Below, piece after piece: positions 11,942-22,706 of a stretch of 64,000 nucleotides of DNA. The DNA lies in contig CAWEYL010000001.1 in NCBI GenBank assembly GCA_963813335.1, positions 480,001 to 544,000 on the forward strand. Reading direction: 5' to 3'. This DNA comes from an uncultured Chloroflexia bacterium. Its GTDB lineage: Bacteria; Chloroflexota; Limnocylindria; Limnocylindrales; CSP1-4. Position 1 is the first letter of the stretch; every line of letters starts with the position of its first letter. Below the pieces are notes generated by a model. It worked only from the letters and a program-made list of their open reading frames with translations. It was not told the DNA's origin and made no database searches. The translations under genes were made by a program, and so were the position numbers.

Positions 11942-13092
11942 GGCGCGCCCGTCCCGGCGGCCGGCGTGTCCGGGCGGGGCAGGAGGTTGCCCTCGGCGTC
12001 GTGGTAGAGCCAGCAGCGCACCCGATGGTCCGCGCTCAGCGGCCGCAGCTCCGGGTGGAGTTCCGTGGCCAGCTTGACGTCGAACCGCTCGCGGGTCGTG
12101 CAGCGCGGGGCGAACCGGCAGCCCTGCGGCAGGTCGATGAGGTTGGGCACGTTGCCGGGGATGACCGCCAGCTCGTCGGTCACGTGGCCGACGACCGGGA
12201 TGGAGCCGATGAGGCCCTGCGTGTACGGGTGCGAAGGCTGACGGAAGAGCGTCGTGACGTCGGTCTCCTCGACGATCTCGCCCGCGTACATGACCGCGAC
12301 GCGGTCGCACATCTCGGCGACGACGCCCAGGTCGTGGGTGATGAGGATGATCGCGGTCCCCGTCTCGTCGCGCAGCGCCCGCATGAGGTCCAGGATCTGC
12401 GCCTGGATCGTGACGTCGAGCGCGGTCGTGGGCTCGTCCGCGATCAACAGCTCGGGCTCGCAGGCGAGGGCCATCGCGATCATGATCCGCTGGGCCATCC
12501 CGCCGGACATCTCGTGCGGGAACGCCTTCAGCCGGCGTTCGGGGTCCGGGATCCCGACCATCCGCAGGAGCTCGACGGAGCGGGCGTGGGCCGCCTTGCC
12601 CTTCATGCCCCGGTGGATGCGCAGCACCTCGTCGATCTGGCGCCCGACCGACCAGACCGGGTTCAGCGACGACGTCGGCTGCTGGAAGACCATGCTGATG
12701 CGGTCGCCGCGGAGCTTGCGCATCTCCTCGTCCGAGAGGGTCAGCAGGTCGCGCCCGTCGAACTCGATGGTGCCGCTCTCGATCTTGCCGGGTGCCGCCA
12801 CCAGCCGCATGATCGACAGGCTGGTCACGCTCTTGCCGCAGCCGGACTCGCCGACGAGGCCGACGATCTCGCCGCGGTCCACGCGGAAGTCGATGCCGTC
12901 GACCGCGCGGACGAGGCCGTCGCGGGTGTGGAAGCTCGTGTGCAGGCCCTTGATCTCGAGCAGCGGCCGATCGCCCCGCTCGCGCTTGACGCGGCGCTTC
13001 GAGGCGGGGACCAGCTCCTCGATGACGGTCTCGTCGAGGCTGGCGCCCAGGGTCGCGACGGCGGGCTCGTCGGGGCTCGTCGGCGTCGTCAT
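11938..13092 (-). CDS. dppD: Dipeptide/oligopeptide ABC ATPase (DppD-like)
   Basis: Motifs [18 protein letters not shown] and ADEPTTALD. The ATG at 13092 overlaps the permease stop. Confidence 0.88.
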   Translation of the reverse strand: MTTPTSPDEPAVATLGASLDETVIEELVPASKRRVKRERGDRPLLEIKGLHTSFHTRDGLVRAVDGIDFRVDRGEIVGLVGESGCGKSVTSLSIMRLVAAPGKIESGTIEFDGRDLLTLSDEEMRKLRGDRISMVFQQPTSSLNPVWSVGRQIDEVLRIHRGMKGKAAHARSVELLRMVGIPDPERRLKAFPHEMSGGMAQRIMIAMALACEPELLIADEPTTALDVTIQAQILDLMRALRDETGTAIILITHDLGVVAEMCDRVAVMYAGEIVEETDVTTLFRQPSHPYTQGLIGSIPVVGHVTDELAVIPGNVPNLIDLPQGCRFAPRCTTRERFDVKLATELHPELRPLSADHRVRCWLYHDAEGNLLPRPDTPAAGTGAP

Positions 13093-14033
13093 CGGTTCAG
13101 GCGCGGGTCGAGGGCGTCGCGCAGCCCGTCGCCGAGGAGGTTGAACCCCAGCACGGTCAGGGTGATGGCCATGCCCGGGAAGAAGATGAGGTGCGGCGCC
13201 GAGAAGAACAGGTTGCGGTCGAAGCCGATCATGGAGCCCCACTCCGCCTGCGGCTGCTGGGCGCCGAGGCCCAGGAACGAGAGAGCGGCGACCTCGAGGA
13301 TGGCGCCGCCGATGCCGAGCGTCCCCTGCACGATGAGCGGCGTCAGCGAGTTGGGCAGGATGCGCCGGCTCAGGATCCCCCGCGACGACTCGCCCAACGC
13401 GCGCGACGCGGTGACGTACTCGCGCTCGCGCGTGCTGATCACCGAGCCGCGCATGACCCGGGCATAGACCGGGATCGACACGATCGCGATCGCGATCATG
13501 GCCTGGTACAGCCCCGGGCCGAGCACGGTCACGATCGCGATGGCCAGGATCAGGGCAGGGAACGCCAGCACGACGTCCAGGGTGCGCATGACGATGTTGT
13601 CGGTGCGGCCGCCGGCGAACCCCGCGATGGCGCCGAGGACGGTCCCGATCAGGATCGCGACCCCGACCGTCAGGATGCCGATCTGGAGCGACGCCTGGGC
13701 TCCGAAGACGACGCGGCTGAACTCGTCCCGCAGGTTCGAATCGAGACCCATGATGTGCTGCGGCTGATCGGCAGGGCAGCCCAGGATGTGGATGCATGGC
13801 GGCTGACCACGCCTCACCCCGGTCTCGCCGGCGTCGAGCATCGACAGGTACGGGTCGAACGGCGCGATGATCGGCGCGAAGACCGCCACGATGACCAGCG
13901 AGATCAGGATGATCAGCCCGATCACGGCCGACCGCTGGCGTAGGACGTTCCGGGCCGTGTCGCGGCGCAGGCTGGCGGCGCGCTCCGGGCGCTCCGGCCC
14001 GGTCGCGTCGATCGGCTGCTCGATGACGGTCAT
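13089..14033 (-). CDS. dppC: Dipeptide ABC permease (DppC-like)
   Basis: Motifs [30 protein letters not shown] and [11 protein letters not shown]. Confidence 0.88.
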   Translation of the reverse strand: MTVIEQPIDATGPERPERAASLRRDTARNVLRQRSAVIGLIILISLVIVAVFAPIIAPFDPYLSMLDAGETGVRRGQPPCIHILGCPADQPQHIMGLDSNLRDEFSRVVFGAQASLQIGILTVGVAILIGTVLGAIAGFAGGRTDNIVMRTLDVVLAFPALILAIAIVTVLGPGLYQAMIAIAIVSIPVYARVMRGSVISTREREYVTASRALGESSRGILSRRILPNSLTPLIVQGTLGIGGAILEVAALSFLGLGAQQPQAEWGSMIGFDRNLFFSAPHLIFFPGMAITLTVLGFNLLGDGLRDALDPRLNR

Positions 14034-15106
14034 TCGAGCCGGATCCGCGGGTCGAGGAAGGCGTACGAGACGTCGACCACCAGGTTCACCACAACGTAGA
14101 TCACGGCGACCACGATCGTCGCGCCCTGGATGACGCTGTAGTCGCGTCCCTCGATCGATTCGACCAGGGTCTGGCCCATCCCGGTCAGGCTGAAGATCGT
14201 CTCCGTGAGGATCGCGCCCGACAGGAGCGCGCCGAGCGAGAGGCCGATGACGGTCACGACCGGGAGCATGGCGTTGCGCATGCCGTGGCGGAGCACGACC
14301 GAGCGCTCCTTCACGCCCTTCGCCCGAGCGGTCCGCACGAAGTCGAGCCCGAGGACCTCGAGCAGGCTCGAGCGGGTCATCCGGGCGATGATCGCGAGCG
14401 GGATGGTCCCGACCGCGATGGCCGGCAGGATGAGGTGCCGGAAGGCGTCGGTGAAGAGCTTCCCGTCCAGCGTGAGGATGGCGTGGAGGATGTACATCCT
14501 CGAGATGAAGTCCAGGATCGTCCGCGGTAAGCCGGACCAGTCTTCCAGGCCCCACTGCGTCGCGAGTGGGATCACCGTCACGCCGGGCGTCAGCCGCCCT
14601 GATGGGGGCAAGGCGAACGGCGTGCCCTTCAGAAGCACGGCGAACACGAACGCCAGGATGAGGCCGAGGACGAAGACCGGGATCGAGACGCCGATGTTGG
14701 CGATGATCATGGTGCCGACATCGGCCGGGGAGTTCCGTCGGATGGCCGAGACCAGGCCGAGGAGCAGCCCCAGGATCGACGCGAAGATGAGGGCGGCCAC
14801 GGTCAGCTCGACGGTCGTGGGCAGCCGCTCGAGGAGCACGTCGGCCACGGGGCGGCCGAACTTGAGCGACATCCCGAGGTCGCCGGTCAGCAGCCCGCCG
14901 AGGTAGACGACGAACTGCTGGTAGATCGGGAGGTCGAGCCCCCAGCGGTGGTTGAAGGCATCGCAGACTTCCTGGGTCGCCTTCTCGCCGTAGGTCGCCA
15001 CGCACGGGTCGCCGGGGATGACCCGGGCCAGCGCGAAGACGAGCACGACCACGCCGAACAGCACGGGGATGCTGAGGAGCAGCCGACGGACGACGAAGCG
15101 GGTCAC
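14030..15106 (-). CDS. dppB: Dipeptide ABC permease (DppB-like)
   Basis: Motifs FVVRRLL..IPVL, HLILPAIAVGTIPLAIIARMTRSS and FVRTARAKG. Confidence 0.9.
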   Translation of the reverse strand: MTRFVVRRLLLSIPVLFGVVVLVFALARVIPGDPCVATYGEKATQEVCDAFNHRWGLDLPIYQQFVVYLGGLLTGDLGMSLKFGRPVADVLLERLPTTVELTVAALIFASILGLLLGLVSAIRRNSPADVGTMIIANIGVSIPVFVLGLILAFVFAVLLKGTPFALPPSGRLTPGVTVIPLATQWGLEDWSGLPRTILDFISRMYILHAILTLDGKLFTDAFRHLILPAIAVGTIPLAIIARMTRSSLLEVLGLDFVRTARAKGVKERSVVLRHGMRNAMLPVVTVIGLSLGALLSGAILTETIFSLTGMGQTLVESIEGRDYSVIQGATIVVAVIYVVVNLVVDVSYAFLDPRIRLE

Positions 15107-15145
15107 GGGATCACGGTACCCCTGGACCTGGGCCTGCTAGCAAAG

Positions 15146-15178
15146 GACCGCCCGGAGCACGTGGTGCCCCGGGCGGTC
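15146..15178 (-). terminator. Intercistronic hairpin between the binding-protein gene and dppB
   Basis: 10-bp inverted repeat GACCGCCCGG / CCGGGCGGTC, followed by CTTTG on the minus strand. Confidence 0.55.
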
Positions 15179-15194
15179 GGATTACTGGTCGCGG

Positions 15195-16946
15195 TTACGA
15201 AGCGGGCGGGTTCAGGAACCCACCGAACAGGCTCGAGAAGTAGGTGAAGTCGCCGGTCCGGCCCTTGTGGAGCTTGTTGGCGGCGTCCCACTGCACGGCG
15301 AACGACGTCACGACGTCATCCGCATCGAACGACGACCCGTCATGGAACGTCACGCCGGACTTCAGCGTGCAGGTCCACTGGGTGAAGTCGGCGTTCGCCT
15401 CGCACTTGTCGGCCAGGACCGGGATCGCGGCGGTGCCGCCGATCTCGTAGCCGTACAGCCCTTCCATGGTCTGGTCGCAGGCCCGGAGGGCCTCGCCATC
15501 GGTCTCGTCGGCGCAGTAGAGGCCGCCGGGCTCGCCGTTCTGGCTGAACACGAGCTGCGTGCGGTCGCCCGCCTTCATGACCGAGAACTGCTCGTTCGTC
15601 AGCGGCGACGAGTGCGCCCCCACGACGTCCGCGCGCCAGGCCGTGGCCGAACCGCCGTGGGCGATCGGGATCATCGGCACGTGCTGCTTGATCAGCTCAT
15701 TGGCCTTGGTGTACGCCGGCTCGCGCGCGGCGTCGCTGGTGCCCTTGGCACCCTCGTCGAGAGCGGCCACGAGATCCGGGTACTTGTCGCCGAACTGCTT
15801 CGACGCGCCGGCCCCGAAGTGGTAGCCCACGAAGTTGGTCTGGTCGGGATAGTCCGCGCCCCAGCCCAGCATCTGGATGCCGTCGAGGAGGCCCTTGGCG
15901 GCGCTGTCGAGGTAGGTCGTGTTGTCCTGCGGGTCGAGCTTGACGGTGATGCCGAGATTGTTCTTCAGCTGGGCCTGGATCTCCGTCGCGATGACGGGCG
16001 GATCCGGGAGGTAGCCGCGGACCGCCGGGCGGTAGTGCAGCTTGTAGGTCTTGCTGAAGTCGAAGCCGGCGGCGGTGAGCTCGGCCTTGGCCGCGGTCGC
16101 GTCGAAGTCGTACCACTTCGGACCGACGCACCCGTTCGGGATGGCGCACGGGGTGAAGTAGTCGGCGACTTCCGAGCCGCCCGGGTAGAAGGTGTCGACG
16201 ATGCGCTTGCGGTCGATGCCCTTCGCGATCGCCTGGCGGACCTTCTCGTTGTCCCACGGCTTGAACGTGTTGTTGAAGCCGAGGTAGAAGACGTTGAGGC
16301 CGGTGCGCGGCTTGAGCGCCAGGTTCGAGTCGCCGCTGACGGTCGCGAAGTCGGTCGGGCCGACGTTGTCGATGCCGTCGACGGTCCCGGCCTGCAGCTC
16401 GACGAGCCGCTGGGCCGCTTCCTTGTTCCAGCGCAGGATGGCGGTCGGGGTCAGGGCCTTGGTGCCCCAGTACCCGTCGTACGCCTCATACGTGACGTCC
16501 TGGCCGCGGTTCCACGCCTTGAGCTTGTAGGCGCCGGTCCCGTTGACCTCGGAGACGATCTTCTGGCCCTCGGTGACGGCCGGATCGATGTGGCTGGCCA
16601 GCCAGCCGGCGTCGTTGATCGCGAACGAGCTGAACGCGATCTTCGAGAGGAACGCCACGTCGGAGCCGCAGAGGTCGAAGATGACCGTGCGGGCGTCCGG
16701 GGCGCTGATCTTCTTGAACTCGCCGGCGTACGGAGCCACTCCGCAGGGAGCCTCGCCCGTCTCCGGGTAGTTGATGGCGGTGAACGCCGGCGCGCTGGCG
16801 CTGGCACTCGCCGCGGCGGACGCCGATGGGGCGGCGGCCGATGCGCTCGGCGCGGTGCTGGCGGTCGAACCGCCGCAGGCCGCGAAGACGATCGCCGCTG
16901 TCGCGGCCAAGACCGCGATCGACGACCACCTCGATGATCGAGTCAT
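15195..16946 (-). CDS. Family-5 ABC substrate-binding lipoprotein (DppA-like) with circularly permuted domain order
   Basis: SD GGAGGAG, lipobox FAAC, motifs GTGAYKL..W, KVRQAIAKGIDR and GWGADYPD. The usual N-terminal block (LVFSQNGEP...TLKSGVTFHDG...DDVV) is at the C-terminus. Confidence 0.9.
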   Translation of the reverse strand: MTRSSRWSSIAVLAATAAIVFAACGGSTASTAPSASAAAPSASAAASASASAPAFTAINYPETGEAPCGVAPYAGEFKKISAPDARTVIFDLCGSDVAFLSKIAFSSFAINDAGWLASHIDPAVTEGQKIVSEVNGTGAYKLKAWNRGQDVTYEAYDGYWGTKALTPTAILRWNKEAAQRLVELQAGTVDGIDNVGPTDFATVSGDSNLALKPRTGLNVFYLGFNNTFKPWDNEKVRQAIAKGIDRKRIVDTFYPGGSEVADYFTPCAIPNGCVGPKWYDFDATAAKAELTAAGFDFSKTYKLHYRPAVRGYLPDPPVIATEIQAQLKNNLGITVKLDPQDNTTYLDSAAKGLLDGIQMLGWGADYPDQTNFVGYHFGAGASKQFGDKYPDLVAALDEGAKGTSDAAREPAYTKANELIKQHVPMIPIAHGGSATAWRADVVGAHSSPLTNEQFSVMKAGDRTQLVFSQNGEPGGLYCADETDGEALRACDQTMEGLYGYEIGGTAAIPVLADKCEANADFTQWTCTLKSGVTFHDGSSFDADDVVTSFAVQWDAANKLHKGRTGDFTYFSSLFGGFLNPPAS

Positions 16947-17055
16947 CCTCGCTAACTCCTCCTCTGAGCCCCCTTGCCCGGACGCTGCCTCCCTGTCCGG
17001 GCTCCTGGGGCGGGGCACGCCCACGCTGGCCTCGTACGAGGCCTTGGGTGCGCGC

Positions 17056-17084
17056 AGCCTAGCACTGGCGACGAGCCGCGTCAC
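17056..17084 (-). promoter_or_regulatory. Promoter of the minus-strand peptide ABC operon
   Basis: Minus strand reads GTGACG, 17-nt spacer, TAGGCT with an extended -10 TG. Confidence 0.5.
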
Positions 17085-17114
17085 CCCGTCAGACGCGGCG
17101 CGTATGCTCCAACG

Positions 17115-18113
17115 ATGCAGCCGTCGCTCACGATCGCCCTCGCCCAGATCGCCCCTCGCCTGGGCGACCTCGACGCGAATCTCGACCGCCACCACGCCCT
17201 GCTCGACGAGGCCCGTGCCGGCGGGGCGGCGCTCGTGGTCTTCCCGGAGCTCGGGCTGACCGGCTACCAGTTGCAGGACCTCGCCAGCGAGGTCGCGATG
17301 CGCCTCGACGACCCGCGCCTGGCGACGCTCGCGGGGGCGACCGACGGGCTGTCGGCGATCGTCTCCTTCGTCGAGGAATCGGCGGACCATCGCCTGTTCA
17401 TCGCGGCCGCCCTGCTGGAGGACGGCGAGATCCGGCACGTCCACCGCAAGGTCTACCTGCCCACCTACGGCCTGTTCGACGAACGCCGGTTCTTCGCGGC
17501 CGGCGACATACTGCGGGCCGTGCCGTCCCGCCTGGGGGTCGGGATCGGGATCGGCATCTGCGAGGACTTCTGGCATCTCGGCGTGCCGGAGACGCTGGCG
17601 CTCGATGGCGCCCAGGTCCTCATCAACGTCTCGTCGTCGCCCGGGCGGGACCTCGCGGCCACGAACGAGGTCGGCCTCGGCACGGCGACGTCGTGGCGGA
17701 CCCTCATGCGCGCGTACGCCCAGCTGACGACGTCGTTCGTGGTGTTCTGCAACCGCGTCGGGGTCGACGAGTCCATCTCCTTCTGGGGCGGCTCCGAGGT
17801 GATCGGCCCGAACGGCGCGCCCGTCTTCAGCGCCCCGCTCTACGACGAGGGCCTGTTCACCGTGACGATCGCGGCGGGGGACATCCGACGCGAGCGCATC
17901 GCGCTCCCGCTCCTGCGCGACGAACGCCCCGAGCTCCACGTCCGCGAGCTCTCGAGGATCGTCGCGGAGCGGGCCGGCCTGATGTCCGACCGGACGGCCG
18001 ACCCCGAGGCCGAGCCAGGCCTCGACGTGGCGCCCGAGCTGCCGCCCCCGCACCCGATCGGCTTCGGGTCCGAAGGGGAGCGGACCGCGCGCCCCACCGG
18101 CACGGATCGGTGA
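17115..18113 (+). CDS. Nitrilase-fold glutaminase; probable stand-alone glutaminase subunit of NAD synthetase
   Basis: Motifs IALAQ, FPELGLTGY, HRKVYLPTYGLFDERRFF and ICEDFWH (E-K-C triad). GTGA overlap with nadE. Confidence 0.85.
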   Translation: MQPSLTIALAQIAPRLGDLDANLDRHHALLDEARAGGAALVVFPELGLTGYQLQDLASEVAMRLDDPRLATLAGATDGLSAIVSFVEESADHRLFIAAALLEDGEIRHVHRKVYLPTYGLFDERRFFAAGDILRAVPSRLGVGIGIGICEDFWHLGVPETLALDGAQVLINVSSSPGRDLAATNEVGLGTATSWRTLMRAYAQLTTSFVVFCNRVGVDESISFWGGSEVIGPNGAPVFSAPLYDEGLFTVTIAAGDIRRERIALPLLRDERPELHVRELSRIVAERAGLMSDRTADPEAEPGLDVAPELPPPHPIGFGSEGERTARPTGTDR

Positions 18114-19000
18114 GCGCGTCCCGGCCGGCCAAGGCGCCGGCAGCGCCGGCGCCCCCGTTCGAGATGCCCGACGAGCTGGCCATCGACACGACCGTCGCGC
18201 GGCGGGTCGTCGGCGAGTTCATCCGCAGCCAGCTCCGTCAGGCGGGGTTCGAGCGGGCGGTCCTCGGCCTGTCGGGTGGCATCGACTCCGCCCTCGTCGC
18301 GTACCTCGTCGCCGAGGCCATCGGTCCCGAGCGGCTGCTGTGCGTGCTGCTGCCGTACCGCACGTCGTCGCCGGCGTCGCGGGCCGACGCCGAGGCGGTC
18401 GTCGCCGGCCTGGGCGCGCCATCCGAGCTCGTCGACATCAGCCCGATGGTCGACGGCTACTTCGACGGCGACCCGGACGCGAGCGCCCTCCGACGCGGCA
18501 ACTTCATGGCCCGCCAGCGCATGGCCGTGCTGTACGACCGCTCGGTGACCTGGGGTGGGCTCGTGGTGGGGACCGGCAACAAGACCGAGTCGCTCATCGG
18601 CTACACGACGCTCTTCGGCGATTCGGCCTGTGCGTTCAACCCGATCGGCGATCTGTACAAGACCCAGGTCCGCCAGCTGGCCGCGGCGATCGGCGTCCCC
18701 GACGCGATCCTGCGCAAGGCCCCGTCGGCGGACCTGTGGCCGGGCCAGACCGACGAGATCGAGGGCGGCTTCAGCTACCCGGAGCTCGACCGGCTGCTCT
18801 TCTGGCGCATCGACAAGCGGCGCTCGACCGAGGAGATGACGGGGCTCGGCTTCGACCCCGTCGCGGTCGAGCGGGTCGACCGGATGGTCGCCGGCGCCGA
18901 GTTCAAGCGACAGGTCCCGCCGATCGCCAAGCTCGGGCCGCGGACCGCGGGCGTGGACTACCTCTATCCGCGCCGCCGCCCGGGCTCCGCGCGCGGGTGA
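18110..19000 (+). CDS. nadE: NAD+ synthetase
   Basis: Motifs LGLSGGIDSA, GNFMARQRM, GTGNKTE, PIGDLYKTQV and PSADLWPGQTDE. Confidence 0.95.
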   Translation: MSASRPAKAPAAPAPPFEMPDELAIDTTVARRVVGEFIRSQLRQAGFERAVLGLSGGIDSALVAYLVAEAIGPERLLCVLLPYRTSSPASRADAEAVVAGLGAPSELVDISPMVDGYFDGDPDASALRRGNFMARQRMAVLYDRSVTWGGLVVGTGNKTESLIGYTTLFGDSACAFNPIGDLYKTQVRQLAAAIGVPDAILRKAPSADLWPGQTDEIEGGFSYPELDRLLFWRIDKRRSTEEMTGLGFDPVAVERVDRMVAGAEFKRQVPPIAKLGPRTAGVDYLYPRRRPGSARG

Positions 19001-19875
19001 GCGAACCCGGGGGCACCCTGTACGTGGTCGCCACCCCGATCGGCAACCTCGGCGACATCACCCTTCGGGCGCTGGAGGTCCTGCGGGCCGTGCCGCTGAT
19101 CGCCGCCGAGGACACGCGGCACACGCAGCGCCTGCTGGCCCGCCACGGCATCGAGACCAGGATGACGAGCTATCACGCGCGGAGCGGACCGGCGCGGGCG
19201 GTCGCGCTGCTGGAGCACCTGCGCGGCGGCGCGGACCTCGCGCTGGTCACCGATGCCGGGACCCCGGCCGTCAGCGACCCCGGCGGCGAGCTGGTCGCGG
19301 CGTGGGCGGGCGAGGGCGGGACCGTGGTGCCGCTGCCCGGGGCGTCGGCGGTGCTGGCGGCCGTCGCCGGGTCCGGCGTGGCGGGGCCGCGCTGGACGTT
19401 CGAGGGCTTCCTGCCGCGCTCCGGTCGCGAGCGCCGCGAGCGCCTGGCGCGGATCGCCGGCGATGGCCGCGGGGCGATCGTGTACGAGGCGCCCGGCCGC
19501 GTGGTGTCGACCCTGGTTGACCTCGCCGCGGCCTGCGGCGGGACCCGGGCCGGGGCGGTCTGCCGCGAACTGACCAAGCTCCACGAATCGATCGTCCGCG
19601 GGACGCTGGACGAGCTGGCGGCGGCGGCCGCGGACGGGCGCATCCCGGCCCGCGGCGAGTTCGTGCTCGTGATCGGCCCAGGGGACGGTGCGGCCGCCAC
19701 GGGGGAGTCCGTCCCGGACGGGGTCATGGCCGAGGACGCGCGCCTTGCCGCGGCCCTGGCCGAGGTCGAGCGGCTCGTGGCGGGCGGCGCCGCCCGCGGC
19801 GACGCCGCGCGTCGTGTGGCAGCGGCGAGCGGCATCCCCCGGCGCCGGCTCTACAACGCCGAGCGGCTCGGCTAG
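18997..19875 (+). CDS. rsmI: 16S rRNA C1402 2'-O-methyltransferase
   Basis: Motifs LYVVATPIGNLGDIT, AAEDTR, DAGTPAVSDPG and RELTKLHE. Confidence 0.95.
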   Translation: MSEPGGTLYVVATPIGNLGDITLRALEVLRAVPLIAAEDTRHTQRLLARHGIETRMTSYHARSGPARAVALLEHLRGGADLALVTDAGTPAVSDPGGELVAAWAGEGGTVVPLPGASAVLAAVAGSGVAGPRWTFEGFLPRSGRERRERLARIAGDGRGAIVYEAPGRVVSTLVDLAAACGGTRAGAVCRELTKLHESIVRGTLDELAAAAADGRIPARGEFVLVIGPGDGAAATGESVPDGVMAEDARLAAALAEVERLVAGGAARGDAARRVAAASGIPRRRLYNAERLG

Positions 19876-19884
19876 CATCGCGCC

Positions 19885-21009
19885 ATGACCGCCGCGGCCG
19901 GGACCCCAGCGGGTCGCTCCGGGATCCCGATCCTCGGACAGCTCTCGGTGACGGCCAGGCTGGCCGTCCTCGGGACGGTCGCCGTGAGCGTCGTCGCGAT
20001 CCTCCTCGAGGTCGCCGGTGCCGACAAGACTGTCATCTTCGTGGTGGCCGCGGCCGCGATCCTGGGCCTCGCCTGGGTCGTCGGCCTGTCCACCGAGCGG
20101 CTCGGGTCGCTGACCGGGCCGCAGGTCGGCGGGATCCTCAACGCGACGTTCGGCAACATCGCCGAGCTGATCATCTCGTTCTTCGCCCTGCAGGCCGGCC
20201 TCATCGAGGTCGTGAAGGCCTCGCTGACCGGTTCGATCATCGGCAACCTGCTGCTCGTGCTCGGCGCGAGCGTGCTGCTCGGCGGACTGCGCCACGGGAC
20301 CCAGACGTTCAGCCCGAAGATCGCGGGGTCGAACGCGGCGCTGCTCGTGGTCGCGCTCATCGGGCTGTTCGTCCCGGCGGTCTTCGCCGCGACCTCGAGC
20401 GACGCCGGCGCGGGGACGCTGACCGAGGAATCGGTGCTGGTCGCGATCGCCCTGATCGTGGGCTACGGGCTGTCGCTGGTCTACCAGTTCTCGAACCCGT
20501 CACAGACGCTCGGCGGGCACGGGGAGCCCGCGGGCCATGCCGGCCCGATGTGGACCGGTCGCCAGGCGATCCTCGTACTGCTCCTGACCGCGGCGCTGCT
20601 CGCCGTGCTCTCGGAGATCCTGGTCGACTCGATCACGACCTTCACCGACACGCTCGGGCTCTCGTTCTTCTTCGTCGGCGTCGTGATCATCCCGACGATC
20701 GGCAACCTGGCCGAGCACCTCGTCGCCGTCCAGCTGGCGCTCAAGGACAAGATGGAGTTCGCGATGGCCGTGACCTACGGGTCCAGCCTGCAGGTCGCGC
20801 TCTTCGTCGCGCCGGTGCTGGTGCTCCTCGGTGTCGTCATCGGCCAGCCGATGAACCTGGTCTTCACGCCGCTCGAGGTCGCCGCGGTCGCGGCGGCCGT
20901 CGGGATCAGTGCGCTGATCGCCCTCGACGGCGAGTCGAACTGGCTCGAAGGGGCGCTGCTGATGCTCGTCTACGTGATCCTGGCGGTCTCGTTCTTCGAG
21001 TTCGTCTGA
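19885..21009 (+). CDS. cax: Ca2+/H+ antiporter (CaCA/CAX family)
   Basis: Alpha-repeats LNATFGNIAELII and IGNLAEH, GSSLQVALFVAP, many transmembrane segments. Confidence 0.9.
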   Translation: MTAAAGTPAGRSGIPILGQLSVTARLAVLGTVAVSVVAILLEVAGADKTVIFVVAAAAILGLAWVVGLSTERLGSLTGPQVGGILNATFGNIAELIISFFALQAGLIEVVKASLTGSIIGNLLLVLGASVLLGGLRHGTQTFSPKIAGSNAALLVVALIGLFVPAVFAATSSDAGAGTLTEESVLVAIALIVGYGLSLVYQFSNPSQTLGGHGEPAGHAGPMWTGRQAILVLLLTAALLAVLSEILVDSITTFTDTLGLSFFFVGVVIIPTIGNLAEHLVAVQLALKDKMEFAMAVTYGSSLQVALFVAPVLVLLGVVIGQPMNLVFTPLEVAAVAAAVGISALIALDGESNWLEGALLMLVYVILAVSFFEFV

Positions 21010-21148
21010 CGCCGACGGCAAAACGGGCCGTGCGCCTCTTGGCGGGGCGCGCCCGACGGCGTATCCCGTCATGTGAGCCGGGAGTCCCCCGGCGCAGCCC
21101 AGGCGCCCGACCCGGGCGCCGGTCCCCGACCGGGGACAAGGAGGCACC

Positions 21149-22690
21149 ATGGCCGTTCTCGAGAAGGAGTTCACGTATGCGCCGCCCGGCATGTCCGGGA
21201 GCCCGGTCCCGCTCAAGGAGCGGTACGACAACTTCATCGGCGGGCGCTGGGTCGCACCCAAGCAGGGCGTCTACCAGGTCGACCTGACCCCGGCGACGGG
21301 GAAGCCGATCACCGAGGTGCCGCGATCGACCGGCGAGGACGTCGAGACCGCTCTCGACGCCGCGCACAAGGCCAGGGTCGCATGGGGCGAGACCTCCACG
21401 ACCGAGCGCTCGCGGGTGCTTAACGAGATCGCCGACGTCATCGACGCGAACAAGGAGATGCTCGCCGTCGCCGAGAGCTGGGAGAACGGCAAGCCGGTCC
21501 GCGAGACCCTCGCCGCCGACATCCCGCTGGCGGCCGACCACTTCCGCTACTTCGCGAGCGTCATCCGCGCCGAGGAGGGGTCGATCTCCGAGATCGACAA
21601 GGACACCATCGCGTACCAGTTCCACGAGCCACTCGGCGTCGTCGGCCAGATCATCCCGTTCAACTTCCCGCTCCTGATGGCGGCGTGGAAGATCGCGCCG
21701 GCGATCGCGGCCGGCAACGTCACGGTGGTCAAGCCGGCCAGCCCGACGCCGTGGTCGATCCTGAAGCTGATGGAGCTCATCGGGCCCATCGTGCCAGCCG
21801 GCGTGATCAACATCGTGAACGGCCCCGGCGCGGAGGTCGGGATGGCCCTCGCGTCGAGCAAGCGCATCGCGAAGGTCGCGTTCACCGGCGAGACGGCGAC
21901 GGGTCGGATGATCATGGGGTACGCCGCCCAGAACCTCATCCCCTCGACCACCGAGCTCGGTGGCAAGTCCCCGAACATCTTCTTCGAGGACGTCATGGCC
22001 GCCGACGACGCGTTCTTCGACAAGGCGATCGAAGGGCTCGTCCTGTACGCCTTCAACAAGGGCGAGGTCTGCACGTGTCCGTCGCGGGCGCTGATCCAGG
22101 CCTCGATCTATGAGCCGTTCATCGAGCGCTGCCTGGGACGCATCGAGAAGATCGTCCAGGGCCACCCGCTCGACATCCACACGACGCTCGGGGCGCAGGT
22201 CTCGGCGGCGCAGCTCGAGAAGATCACGCGCTACGTGAAGATCGGGCTCGACGAGGGCGCTGAGCTCCTCATCGGTGGACATCGGAAGGTGCTCCCCGGC
22301 GAGCTCGCCGAGGGCTACTACTTCGAGCCGACGGTCCTCAAGGGCCACAACAAGATGCGCATCTTCCAGGAGGAGATCTTCGGGCCGGTCCTCGCCGTGA
22401 CGACGTTCAAGGACGAGGCCGAGGCGCTCGAGATCGCCAACGACACGATGTACGGCCTCGGCGCCGGCGTCTGGACCCGCGACGGGAGTCGCGCGTTCCG
22501 GGTCGGCCGGGCCATCAAGGCCGGCCGCGTGTGGACCAACTGCTATCACCTGTATCCCGCGGGCGCCCCGTTCGGCGGCTACAAGTCGTCCGGCGTCGGC
22601 CGCGAGACCCACAAGATGATGCTCGACCACTACACCCAGACCAAGAACCTCCTCGTGAGCTATGACCCCAAGCCCCTTGGGTTCTTCTGA
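21149..22690 (+). CDS. NAD-dependent aldehyde dehydrogenase (ExaC/AldB type)
   Basis: SD AAGGAGG. Motifs [22 protein letters not shown], catalytic EVCTCPSR and QEEIFGPV. Confidence 0.93.
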   Translation: MAVLEKEFTYAPPGMSGSPVPLKERYDNFIGGRWVAPKQGVYQVDLTPATGKPITEVPRSTGEDVETALDAAHKARVAWGETSTTERSRVLNEIADVIDANKEMLAVAESWENGKPVRETLAADIPLAADHFRYFASVIRAEEGSISEIDKDTIAYQFHEPLGVVGQIIPFNFPLLMAAWKIAPAIAAGNVTVVKPASPTPWSILKLMELIGPIVPAGVINIVNGPGAEVGMALASSKRIAKVAFTGETATGRMIMGYAAQNLIPSTTELGGKSPNIFFEDVMAADDAFFDKAIEGLVLYAFNKGEVCTCPSRALIQASIYEPFIERCLGRIEKIVQGHPLDIHTTLGAQVSAAQLEKITRYVKIGLDEGAELLIGGHRKVLPGELAEGYYFEPTVLKGHNKMRIFQEEIFGPVLAVTTFKDEAEALEIANDTMYGLGAGVWTRDGSRAFRVGRAIKAGRVWTNCYHLYPAGAPFGGYKSSGVGRETHKMMLDHYTQTKNLLVSYDPKPLGFF

Positions 22691-22706
22691 GGCAGGACCG
22701 AACCCG

